Source: Pelagibacteraceae bacterium
GTDB lineage: Bacteria; Pseudomonadota; Alphaproteobacteria; HIMB59; GCA-002718135
Direction of reading: 5' to 3'
Length of the DNA: 64,000 bases
NCBI GenBank assembly: GCA_002717485.1
Contig: PBDW01000007.1
Location: 1,128-65,127 of the forward strand
Position 1 is the stretch's first letter, and each line of letters starts with the position of its first letter. Positions 20,107 through 28,748 of the stretch are shown here, one piece after another. The position numbers and the translations under genes were made by a program. The notes under the pieces are model-generated. The model was given only the letters and a program-made list of their open reading frames with translations. It did no database searches and was not told where the DNA came from.

Positions 20107-21168
20107 ATGACAAATTTTTTTAAAATAGGAAAATATTCAATATCAAGAAATTCACCAATTTATATAATTGCAGAAATTGGCACAAATCACTGCAATGGAA
20201 ATATGCTTATGATAAAAAAAATGATTAGAGAGGCAAAAAAATCTGGCGCTAATGCTGTGAAATTCCAAACCTTTATAGCTAAAGAATTAATAGATCCAAA
20301 CGCCAAACATGCCAAGAGGTTAAATAAAATATTAAAAAACAATTTAAGATGGTACGATTTATTAAAGTCTGAAGAGCTCTCTTTTAAAAAACATATTCAA
20401 ATATTGAATTATTGTAAAAAGATAAAAATCGATTTTTTATCAACTCCGTATGATAAAGAAAGTTTAGATTTTTTATGCAATAAAATGAAAATATCAGCAA
20501 TTAAAATAGCTTCTGCTGATATAACTAATCATCCATTTCTTATAGAATGTGCAAATAAAATGATACCAATTATTTTATCAACTGGAATGAGTAATATGAA
20601 AGACGTAGAGGAATCAATAAAATTAATAAAAAAAAGAGGTAACAATAAAATAATTTTAATGCACTGCACAAGTTCATATCCAACTTCCCTAGACGATTGT
20701 AATTTAAGAATTTTAAAAACATTTAAAAAGAAATTTAATGTAATTCTTGGTTATTCTGACCACACATTGTCACACTTAACTCCTATTTTGGCATCTGCCT
20801 TGGGGTCTAAAGTTTATGAAAAACATTTTACTTTAAATAAAAACTTACCTGGAGCTGATCATAAAACCTCATTTAATCCTAAGCAATTTAAAGAAATGAT
20901 TAATGAAATTCGGAAAAGTGAAATAATCTTAGGCTCAGATAAGAAAAAAGTACTTCAAAGCGAGGTTGATAATCAGAAAAAATATAGAAGAAGCTTATAT
21001 GCAAACAAAAATATTAGAAAGGGACAAAAAATATCTAAAGGAATGCTAATTGCGAAAAGGCCAGCAAAAGGAATATCGCCAAAATTCCAGAACGAGATAA
21101 TAGGCCTAACGGCAAAGTATAATATAGATGTAAATACTTTACTTAATTTCAAAATGCTAAAAAAATAA
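20107..21168 (+). CDS. neuB: Nonulosonate synthase (NeuB/SpsE family) with SAF domain
   Basis: IAEIGTNH, VKFQT, STPYD, KIAS, LSTGM, HCTSSYP, GYSDHT, EKHFT, RRSLY, KRP..GI. Confidence 0.92.
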   Translation: MTNFFKIGKYSISRNSPIYIIAEIGTNHCNGNMLMIKKMIREAKKSGANAVKFQTFIAKELIDPNAKHAKRLNKILKNNLRWYDLLKSEELSFKKHIQILNYCKKIKIDFLSTPYDKESLDFLCNKMKISAIKIASADITNHPFLIECANKMIPIILSTGMSNMKDVEESIKLIKKRGNNKIILMHCTSSYPTSLDDCNLRILKTFKKKFNVILGYSDHTLSHLTPILASALGSKVYEKHFTLNKNLPGADHKTSFNPKQFKEMINEIRKSEIILGSDKKKVLQSEVDNQKKYRRSLYANKNIRKGQKISKGMLIAKRPAKGISPKFQNEIIGLTAKYNIDVNTLLNFKMLKK

Positions 21169-21169
21169 T

Positions 21170-21706
21170 ATGAAAAAAAATGCAATATTTATTGATAGGG
21201 ACGGGGTTATAAATAAATTAATAATTGTTAATAATAAAGAAACATCCCCTAAAAATTTTAATCAATTTTCTCTTAATAAAAATGCAAAGTTAGCTATAAA
21301 AATATTAAAAAAAAATTTTTTAACAATTGTTATAACTAACCAACCAGATATTAGTAGAAAATTAATGTCTAAAGATGAATTGCATAAAATGCATAATTAT
21401 ATATTAAAGAAACTTTTAGTTGATGATATTTTTGCATGTTTGCATGACGATAATGATAATTGCAATTGTAGAAAACCACTTCCAGGGATGATACTTAAAG
21501 CTGAGGAAAAATGGAATTTAAATCTAAAAAAATCTATAACTGTTGGGGACAGTTGGAGAGATATTAATGCAGGTAAAAGTGCTGGCACAAAAACATGTTA
21601 TATTAATAAAAAAAATGAAAGACGCCAAGAAATCAACTTCGACTTTGAGGCGCCAGATATTCTATCTGCCGCAAAGATAATTGATAAAAATTATATAGAG
21701 AGTTAA
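21170..21706 (+). CDS. gmhB: Heptose-1,7-bisphosphate phosphatase-like HAD IIIA enzyme
   Basis: DRDGVIN, ITNQ, CxH....CxCRKP.PGM, GDSWRD. Confidence 0.88.
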   Translation: MKKNAIFIDRDGVINKLIIVNNKETSPKNFNQFSLNKNAKLAIKILKKNFLTIVITNQPDISRKLMSKDELHKMHNYILKKLLVDDIFACLHDDNDNCNCRKPLPGMILKAEEKWNLNLKKSITVGDSWRDINAGKSAGTKTCYINKKNERRQEINFDFEAPDILSAAKIIDKNYIES

Positions 21707-21714
21707 TTAGAAAA

Positions 21715-22353
21715 TTGAAAAAAAAGATTTTAATTTTTGGCGCCAGTGGTCAAGCAAAGGTAACTTTCGACATTATTAAAAGAAATAATATTTATGATGT
21801 TGCAGGTTTTGTGGCTAAAGGTAATAAGCTAAAAACCTTACTAGGTTATCCTGTATATAATTCTGAAGAACAAATAAAGAAACTAAATATTAATGACGGA
21901 ATAGTTGCAATTGGCGATAATAATATAAGATATGAGTTAATAAAAAAAATTTATAAGATTAAAAAGAACTTCAATTTTATAAATGCAATACATCCATCAG
22001 CTATAATTTCGGATAATGTCAATATTGGCATTGGCATTCAAATAATGGCAGGTGTCATAATAAATTCATCTTCTTCGATTGGAGATCACTGCATAATAAA
22101 TACAAATTCAAATATTGACCATGACTGCAAAATAGCCAATTTTTCAAGCATAAATCCAGGTGTTTCAATTGGAGGTAATGTCACCATAGGAGATTTTACT
22201 TTAATAGGTATTGGATCTTCAGTAATTCATAAAATTGTAATTGGTAAAAATTCAGTAATAGGTGCGCACTCTAACGTTGTAAAGAATATCCCATCAAAGG
22301 TCGTTGCTTATGGGAATCCTTGTGCAATAATAAGAAAAAATATAAATAAATAA
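21715..22353 (+). CDS. NeuD/PglD-type hexapeptide sugar acetyltransferase
   Basis: GASGQAK, AIGDN..R, IHPSA, hexapeptide repeats, DHDC, YGNP; TTG start. Confidence 0.9.
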   Translation: MKKKILIFGASGQAKVTFDIIKRNNIYDVAGFVAKGNKLKTLLGYPVYNSEEQIKKLNINDGIVAIGDNNIRYELIKKIYKIKKNFNFINAIHPSAIISDNVNIGIGIQIMAGVIINSSSSIGDHCIINTNSNIDHDCKIANFSSINPGVSIGGNVTIGDFTLIGIGSSVIHKIVIGKNSVIGAHSNVVKNIPSKVVAYGNPCAIIRKNINK

Positions 22354-22360
22354 GAATATA

Positions 22361-22954
22361 ATGTCTGAAAAAGATAAAATAGAAAATTTACTTAATAAAT
22401 ATTTTGATGAAAGCATATTAACTTTTCATACATTAAAAAATAATATTTCGACAATTAAGAGGATGGCATTAGAAATTCACCAATCTCAAATTAATGGCAG
22501 TAAGTTACTGATAGGAGGAAATGGTGGATCTGCAGCTGATGCTCAGCATTTTGCAGGAGAATTGACCTGCACATATAAAAAACCAGACAGAAGGCCATAT
22601 TCTGCAATTTCATTATCTTCAAACGCATCAGCCATTACTGCCTGGGCTAATGACTTTGGTTATGATAGTTACTTTTCACGACAAGTTGAAGCTTATGGTA
22701 AATCTGGAGACATATTGTTTTTAATTTCAACTGGTGGCGGAGAAAAAGATGGATTCTCTTCAAATCTAGTTCAGGCAGGTGAAAAAGGAATTAATTTAGG
22801 GTTAAAACTTTTCTCTCTTGTAGGAAAAACTGGAGGAGAACTTAGTAAAATATCGCACGAACATGTAAAGGTAGATTCTTTTACCACATCACATATTCAA
22901 GAAGCCCATATCACTATTATACATTCTATTTGTGAAATACTCGAATCAATATAA
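22361..22954 (+). CDS. gmhA: Phosphoheptose isomerase (SIS domain)
   Basis: GNGGSAADAQHFAGEL, AWAND, FSRQV, IST.G, IQEAH....H. Confidence 0.9.
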   Translation: MSEKDKIENLLNKYFDESILTFHTLKNNISTIKRMALEIHQSQINGSKLLIGGNGGSAADAQHFAGELTCTYKKPDRRPYSAISLSSNASAITAWANDFGYDSYFSRQVEAYGKSGDILFLISTGGGEKDGFSSNLVQAGEKGINLGLKLFSLVGKTGGELSKISHEHVKVDSFTTSHIQEAHITIIHSICEILESI

Positions 22955-22978
22955 AGTTATATTTTACATTATAAAAAA

Positions 22979-23698
22979 ATGAATAACAGTTTTATAAAAC
23001 TTAATTTACCAATTGATATATACGCAGATGGTCCTGAGCTAGAAGAGATAAAGAATTTTGATAATAATATTATTAAAGGATATACATTTAATCCAACACT
23101 ATTTAGAAAGCTTGAAATTATTGATTATTTATCTTTTTGTAAAAAATTAGTTAATGTGTGCGGAAAACAACCAATCTCCCTCGAGGTAATAGCAGATGAA
23201 AAAGAAGAAATTATAAGACAAGGGAAGATACTAAGTGAACTTGGCACGTCGGTATTTGTTAAAGTTCCTATAACATATACTTCAGGACTATATACCTTAG
23301 AGGCTATTGAATCATTGATGCAAAGTGGGGTTAAATTAAACATTACGGCGATTTTTACAATGGAACAGGTAAAAGAAATCCTTCCGATACTTAAAAATAC
23401 AAATTCAATAATATCATTATTTGCAGGACGTATTTTTGATATTGGCAAAGACGCTGTTAATGTTGTTGGAGAAATATCTAAATTTGTTCATAATGATTCA
23501 AATTGCAAAGTTTTATGGGCAAGTCCCCGAATGGTCTACGATGTTCATAATGCAATAAACGCTAAATGTGACATCATTACCATGCAAAGTGATTTAATAA
23601 AAAAGCTAAGTTTATTAAACAAAACCTCAGAAGAATATTCGTTAGATACAGTAAAAATGTTTTATAACGATGCTAAGAAATCGGGTTACTCTTTTTAA
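22979..23698 (+). CDS. tal: Transaldolase (small TAL/FSA fold)
   Basis: YADG, GYTFNPTL, SLEV, Schiff-base VKVP, NITA, SLFAGR, LWASPR. Confidence 0.88.
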   Translation: MNNSFIKLNLPIDIYADGPELEEIKNFDNNIIKGYTFNPTLFRKLEIIDYLSFCKKLVNVCGKQPISLEVIADEKEEIIRQGKILSELGTSVFVKVPITYTSGLYTLEAIESLMQSGVKLNITAIFTMEQVKEILPILKNTNSIISLFAGRIFDIGKDAVNVVGEISKFVHNDSNCKVLWASPRMVYDVHNAINAKCDIITMQSDLIKKLSLLNKTSEEYSLDTVKMFYNDAKKSGYSF

Positions 23699-23715
23699 AG
23701 TACTAAGTTATAAAT

Positions 23716-24570
23716 ATGCAAAAGAAAATTCCAAGCTCTAAATTTTATAATATTTTAATTAATCAAGTGCCAATAAGTAAAAATAAACATATTTATTTTA
23801 CAAAACTTTCTTTAACCGGATTAGAAGAGATGCATAATTATTCAATAAACCCCAAACTATATGAATTCTTAGGCTATAAACCTTTTAAAAATATTAACAC
23901 AACTAAAAAATATTTAAAAAAATTAATAAATAATCAGAAAAAAAACTCTAATAATGAAATTAAAGATATGGGATGGTTTATAAGAAGAAAAACTGATAAT
24001 CGATTAATTGGAACAGCAAGGCTTACGAATATAAAATATTCTGTTGGGCATGCAGAATGGGGCTGGGGCATTGACCCAGATTTGTGGGGTAGCGGCTATA
24101 TTCTTGATATTATGGAAGCATTAAAAGAGTATGTTTTTATAAAATTAACTTTAAATAGACTTTGGGGTCAAACCTGGAAAAAGAATAAACGAACTATTGC
24201 TTCTATCAAGTTAGCCGGTATGGAAATGGAAGGTGTTCATAAGGATGGAGATAAAGATGCTAATGGAAAGTATCAAGATACAGTGTCCTATGGAATAGTT
24301 GCTAAGAAATATTTTGAAGATATTAAAAAGATACATAAAAAGAAAAAATTATTAAGTCAAAATGAAATAAAAAAAATTATTCGTAAAACCTTGGGTTTAC
24401 AAATAAATTCAAAAATTAATAGTATGGAGTCAACAAGGAACTGGGATTCACTTTCTCATATCAATGTTATATTGGCAATTGAAAAAAAGATAAAATATAA
24501 GTTTAATGCAATTGAAATAGCCCAATCCAATTCTGTAGAAAATATTTATAATATTATTAATAAAAAATAA
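23716..24570 (+). CDS. RimJ/RimL-type GNAT fused to a C-terminal acyl carrier protein
   Basis: GNAT (IGTARL, EWGWGI...WGSG, LNRL, N..S, GMEMEG) followed by ACP motif WDSLSHINVILAIE. Confidence 0.82.
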   Translation: MQKKIPSSKFYNILINQVPISKNKHIYFTKLSLTGLEEMHNYSINPKLYEFLGYKPFKNINTTKKYLKKLINNQKKNSNNEIKDMGWFIRRKTDNRLIGTARLTNIKYSVGHAEWGWGIDPDLWGSGYILDIMEALKEYVFIKLTLNRLWGQTWKKNKRTIASIKLAGMEMEGVHKDGDKDANGKYQDTVSYGIVAKKYFEDIKKIHKKKKLLSQNEIKKIIRKTLGLQINSKINSMESTRNWDSLSHINVILAIEKKIKYKFNAIEIAQSNSVENIYNIINKK

Positions 24571-26153
24571 TGAATAGTTTTATCAATCTTTTGGAAGATC
24601 GATTAAAATTTTATAAAAATAGTTACGCTATTAAGAATGGCAATCAATATATGACTTATGATGAACTTTATCATAGATCAAAATTGTTACAAAATCTTTT
24701 ATCAGATAATAAATTAATTAATAATAACATTGGAATAATAACTCAAAGAAATTTTTCTGCATATATCGGAATATTGGGAACTATTTTTTCTGGATCGACT
24801 TATATTCCCATTAACTTAAAATATCCCAAAAAACGGATATCTCATATTATTGATAATGCTAAGATTAATGCATTAATTTGTGACTCAAATGACTTAAATA
24901 TACTAAAACAGAAACTTAAGGGTAATAAAAAAATTAAAATTTTGATTTTTCCTGATGATGATCAAGTTAGATTTTCAAATTATCAATTGATATTAAAAAC
25001 TGATTTAGAAAGATTTTCTAATAGAAAAATTTATAAGAAATACAAAGAGAGTAATAGCATTTATATCATGTATACATCAGGTTCAACAGGAGATCCGAAG
25101 GGCGTTGAAATAAATGACAACAATTTATTAGCATTAATGACTAATATGAATAAATTTTATAAATTTAAACCAGGATTTAAATCTTCACAAACCTTTGATT
25201 TAAGTTTTGATGTTTCAGTTGTAGATACATTTTTTCCATTATTGAATGGAGGTATTATAACAATACTTTCTGAGAAAGAATTATATTGCCCATATGATTA
25301 TATTATTAGAGAAAACATAAACCTTTGGAATTCGGTCCCAACTCTTGCAGGATTTATGAACAAATTAGGTTTTTTAAATAAAAATAGTTTTAATAAATTG
25401 AAATATAGTATTTTTGCTGGAGAACCTCTAACCAAAAAATTAGCAGATAGATGGTCTGCCGCAGCACCAAATAGCACGATAGAGAATCTATACGGCCCTA
25501 CAGAGACGACAATTTATGCCACAAGATTTAAATACAATAAAAATCATATAAGAAAAAAATTTACGAATGACATTCTCCCTATTGGCAAAACATTTTCTAA
25601 TTTGAAAGTAGCCATAGTGAATGGAAGTGATAGAATTATAGAAAATAATAAAATTGGAGAGCTAATTATAAGCGGCAATCAAGTTTCAAAGGGTTATTAT
25701 AAAAATAATACATTAACAGGCAAAATTTTTAAAAAAGTACATTGGGATGGGAAAAAAAATTATTGGTATCATACTGGCGATTTAGTTATAAAAAATAGTG
25801 ATGGAAATTTAGAATTTGTAGGTCGCAACGATGAGCAAATCAAAATAGCTGGAAAAAGAGTTGAAATAGGAGAAATCGAATCAGTTTTACGAAATCATTT
25901 TCATGACAACATTGCCGTAATAACTGCAGTAAAAGATGCTAACCTTCTAACTAAACATTTAAATTGCTTTGTAACGACTAAACTTAACAAGAATAAAATA
26001 GAAAAAATAAAAAATAATTTAAAAAAAGAACTAGATTCAGTTTTTATACCAAAAAATTTTTTCTATTTAGATAAATTGCCTCTAACAACAAGCGGAAAAA
26101 TTAATAAAAAAGCACTTCAAGACTCAAAAGTATATCAAAAAAATAATTTTTAA
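24570..26153 (+). CDS. Stand-alone amino acid adenylation domain (DltA-like)
   Basis: YTSGSTGDPKG, SFDVS, AGEP, NLYGPTE, YHTGD, GRND.QIKI.GKRVEIGEIE, PLTTSGK. Confidence 0.9.
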   Translation: MNSFINLLEDRLKFYKNSYAIKNGNQYMTYDELYHRSKLLQNLLSDNKLINNNIGIITQRNFSAYIGILGTIFSGSTYIPINLKYPKKRISHIIDNAKINALICDSNDLNILKQKLKGNKKIKILIFPDDDQVRFSNYQLILKTDLERFSNRKIYKKYKESNSIYIMYTSGSTGDPKGVEINDNNLLALMTNMNKFYKFKPGFKSSQTFDLSFDVSVVDTFFPLLNGGIITILSEKELYCPYDYIIRENINLWNSVPTLAGFMNKLGFLNKNSFNKLKYSIFAGEPLTKKLADRWSAAAPNSTIENLYGPTETTIYATRFKYNKNHIRKKFTNDILPIGKTFSNLKVAIVNGSDRIIENNKIGELIISGNQVSKGYYKNNTLTGKIFKKVHWDGKKNYWYHTGDLVIKNSDGNLEFVGRNDEQIKIAGKRVEIGEIESVLRNHFHDNIAVITAVKDANLLTKHLNCFVTTKLNKNKIEKIKNNLKKELDSVFIPKNFFYLDKLPLTTSGKINKKALQDSKVYQKNNF

Positions 26154-26162
26154 TAAATAATA

Positions 26163-27995
26163 ATGGAAAATATCAGTAAAGATGACGTTTTGATTATTGT
26201 GTATGGATCTGATACAATTGATTCATCTCATGAAATAATTCAAAAATATTTGAATAAAATTGTAGTCTTTGAAATTGACGCAAGACTGCCGCAACATCTT
26301 AAAAGGGCAAACATTAATATCAGAACATTTGAAAATTATTTACCTGAAAGTAATTTACAAAATATTAATGAATATATTACAAATACATTCGGGCATGATT
26401 TAGTAATAAATGAGATAAACTATACTAGATGGAATCAATTCTCAGTGGGAAGCGTCGGTTTTAAATTTATCAGAAAATCATCAATATTAGTTTTAAAAAA
26501 TGTATTATCAGCTAGGGCATGCATTGAAGAATTTAATCCCACTATTATGTTTATAGGATCAGGACTAGGCATGCATTTAAATTCTTGGAACAGTGAAGGG
26601 CAAAGCTACAACATTAGAACTGAACTTTTGAATAAGGATAAAACATCTTCTTTAGATCAAAAAAAGTGGAATCTTTTTAAAGAAAAAAAAAGTTTTTTTA
26701 TATTAGATACTTTAAAGGTAATTCAAAGAAAAATATCAATAATTAAATATAAAACTTTATTTTTTTTCTTTTCATATTTGAATAATCATAAACAAAAAAG
26801 ATCTGTTTTAATAAATTATCACGATTCAAAATTAAGAAACGATCTCATAAGATATCTAATTAAAAAAAAATTACAAATCATAAAATTTGAAAATTATGAG
26901 CCACTTTTCAGAATTGATAAAATTAATATTGATATAAAAAACTATTTTTTAAATAATTATTCTACCTATATTGAGATGGCTAAAAAGTTAAAAACATTAA
27001 ATTATAAGAATGTTGATCTTTCATACTATCTGGAAAAAGATTTAAAGACATATTTTATTATTCTAGCCAGATATGCTCAATTAATTGATAGTTTTTCACT
27101 CTTTATTGAAAAAATAAAGCCTTCGTGCTTTATTACTACGTCAAATGTAGGTTATCAAACTTACATATACAATCAAGTTTGCAAAAATTATAAAATCCCA
27201 GTAATTGTTTTACATAGCCAATATAATAACGCCTTATTTTCTAAAATTGTATCAAGACCAATTGGGGATTATTTCATATGTTGGGCGTATCATATGGTTA
27301 ATTATTATAAAAAGCATAACGTTAAAAATAATAATATTTTACAAATGGAGATGAATTTATCTAATCTTCAAAATTATGCTGGAGATAAAAAGTATTCCAA
27401 AAAGGAATTAGGAATCGTTTTAGGTAAGAAAAATGTACTACTTATTGGCTCAAGATATACTGACACTGACGCTGTAGACTCCCCACTTGATCAAGTTTGT
27501 GATCAAACGGAGGATTTCATTAATACAGCTAAAGAAATGAAAGATGTTAATTTTATTATAAAATTCCATCCGGGTTTAGATACATCTTCAATTTTACAAA
27601 AACAAATGAAAATTATTGATGATAATAGATTGCATAATTTAACTAAGGCACCATTAGACTCAAATCCATACGACTATCTTGAAAGCTGTGATGGATGTGT
27701 TATGTACGTCTCAACTCTAGGTTTTGAATTTATGCTGAAAAATAAGTTTGCATTTATGTTAATTTATTCAGGTAAAAAGGGAAGCTGGCCTCTTGAAAAT
27801 AATTATGACGATTTAATTAAGATTAAGAAAATGGGTGATCTAACTTCGATTTTAAAAAAAATACTTTTTGACAAAGAGGAAATGCTTTTAACAATCAAAA
27901 AACAGCAAAAATTTCTTAAAGAGATATTCATTTTCAATAAAAAAAGCCAAAACAGCGTTATTGGAGATATATTGTCAAAAGAAAATATTATATAA
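26163..27995 (+). CDS. Hypothetical GT-B fold protein, candidate CMP-ulosonate transferase
   Basis: C-terminal IIKFHP and YVSTLGFE; adjacent to a NeuB gene. Confidence 0.55.
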   Translation: MENISKDDVLIIVYGSDTIDSSHEIIQKYLNKIVVFEIDARLPQHLKRANINIRTFENYLPESNLQNINEYITNTFGHDLVINEINYTRWNQFSVGSVGFKFIRKSSILVLKNVLSARACIEEFNPTIMFIGSGLGMHLNSWNSEGQSYNIRTELLNKDKTSSLDQKKWNLFKEKKSFFILDTLKVIQRKISIIKYKTLFFFFSYLNNHKQKRSVLINYHDSKLRNDLIRYLIKKKLQIIKFENYEPLFRIDKINIDIKNYFLNNYSTYIEMAKKLKTLNYKNVDLSYYLEKDLKTYFIILARYAQLIDSFSLFIEKIKPSCFITTSNVGYQTYIYNQVCKNYKIPVIVLHSQYNNALFSKIVSRPIGDYFICWAYHMVNYYKKHNVKNNNILQMEMNLSNLQNYAGDKKYSKKELGIVLGKKNVLLIGSRYTDTDAVDSPLDQVCDQTEDFINTAKEMKDVNFIIKFHPGLDTSSILQKQMKIIDDNRLHNLTKAPLDSNPYDYLESCDGCVMYVSTLGFEFMLKNKFAFMLIYSGKKGSWPLENNYDDLIKIKKMGDLTSILKKILFDKEEMLLTIKKQQKFLKEIFIFNKKSQNSVIGDILSKENII

Positions 27996-28020
27996 TGGAA
28001 AATAAAAAATTTATCCTATA

Positions 28021-28725
28021 ATGAAAATTATATCTGAAATACATCCGCAACATAAAGGCAACATTGATATCGCTTCTGAAATGATAAGGGAGTCAGCTTT
28101 AAATGGAGCAGATATTGTTAAGTTTCAATGGTATGATGATGGTTATAAGGTTTTAGGTAAAGATTATTCTGATCTGGAGTTAAGCTATGATGATTGCAAA
28201 CATCTTGTTAAAATATCTGAACATTATGGTGTGGAACCCTTATTTAGCATATTTGATGAAGGCGCATTTGAGGGCAACTGTAAACTCGGCCTAAAGAAGA
28301 TTAAAATTGCAAGTAGGACTGTTAAACAATATCCAGATTTATGTAAAAAAATTATTGACTATGCTGACGAAGTTTATGTCTCTTTAGGTATGTGGGATAA
28401 AAAAGAATTTCCTTTCGGAACAGATTCAAAAATCCATTATTTTTTTTGCATATCAAAATATCCAACATACAATTATGATCTAAAAGATTTTCCCAAACAA
28501 TATGTCATTGGAAATATCGAAGGTTACAGCGACCACACTTTAGGCATAGATGCATGCCTTTTGGCAGCTTCAAGAGGAGCAATGTTTATTGAAAAACATT
28601 TTTCATTAGATAAAACAAATCAACAAGATAAACAGTTGGCGCATGTTTGCAGTATGAATCCCCAAGAGCTAAGCGTTCTTTCAACTTTCGGCAAAAGATT
28701 ATTTAAACTAAATAAAGATACTTAA
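28021..28725 (+). CDS. Short NeuB-family synthase without SAF domain
   Basis: ISEIHPQH.G, VKFQ, KIAS, CISKYP, GYSDHT.G, IEKHF; 234 aa. Confidence 0.85.
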   Translation: MKIISEIHPQHKGNIDIASEMIRESALNGADIVKFQWYDDGYKVLGKDYSDLELSYDDCKHLVKISEHYGVEPLFSIFDEGAFEGNCKLGLKKIKIASRTVKQYPDLCKKIIDYADEVYVSLGMWDKKEFPFGTDSKIHYFFCISKYPTYNYDLKDFPKQYVIGNIEGYSDHTLGIDACLLAASRGAMFIEKHFSLDKTNQQDKQLAHVCSMNPQELSVLSTFGKRLFKLNKDT

Positions 28726-28748
28726 AAATACCTTAGATATACTAATAA

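Noticed and set aside
24570-26153. Secondary-metabolite NRPS or Dlt teichoic acid system
   Set aside because: No condensation, thioesterase, DltB or DltD genes; the context is glycan tailoring.
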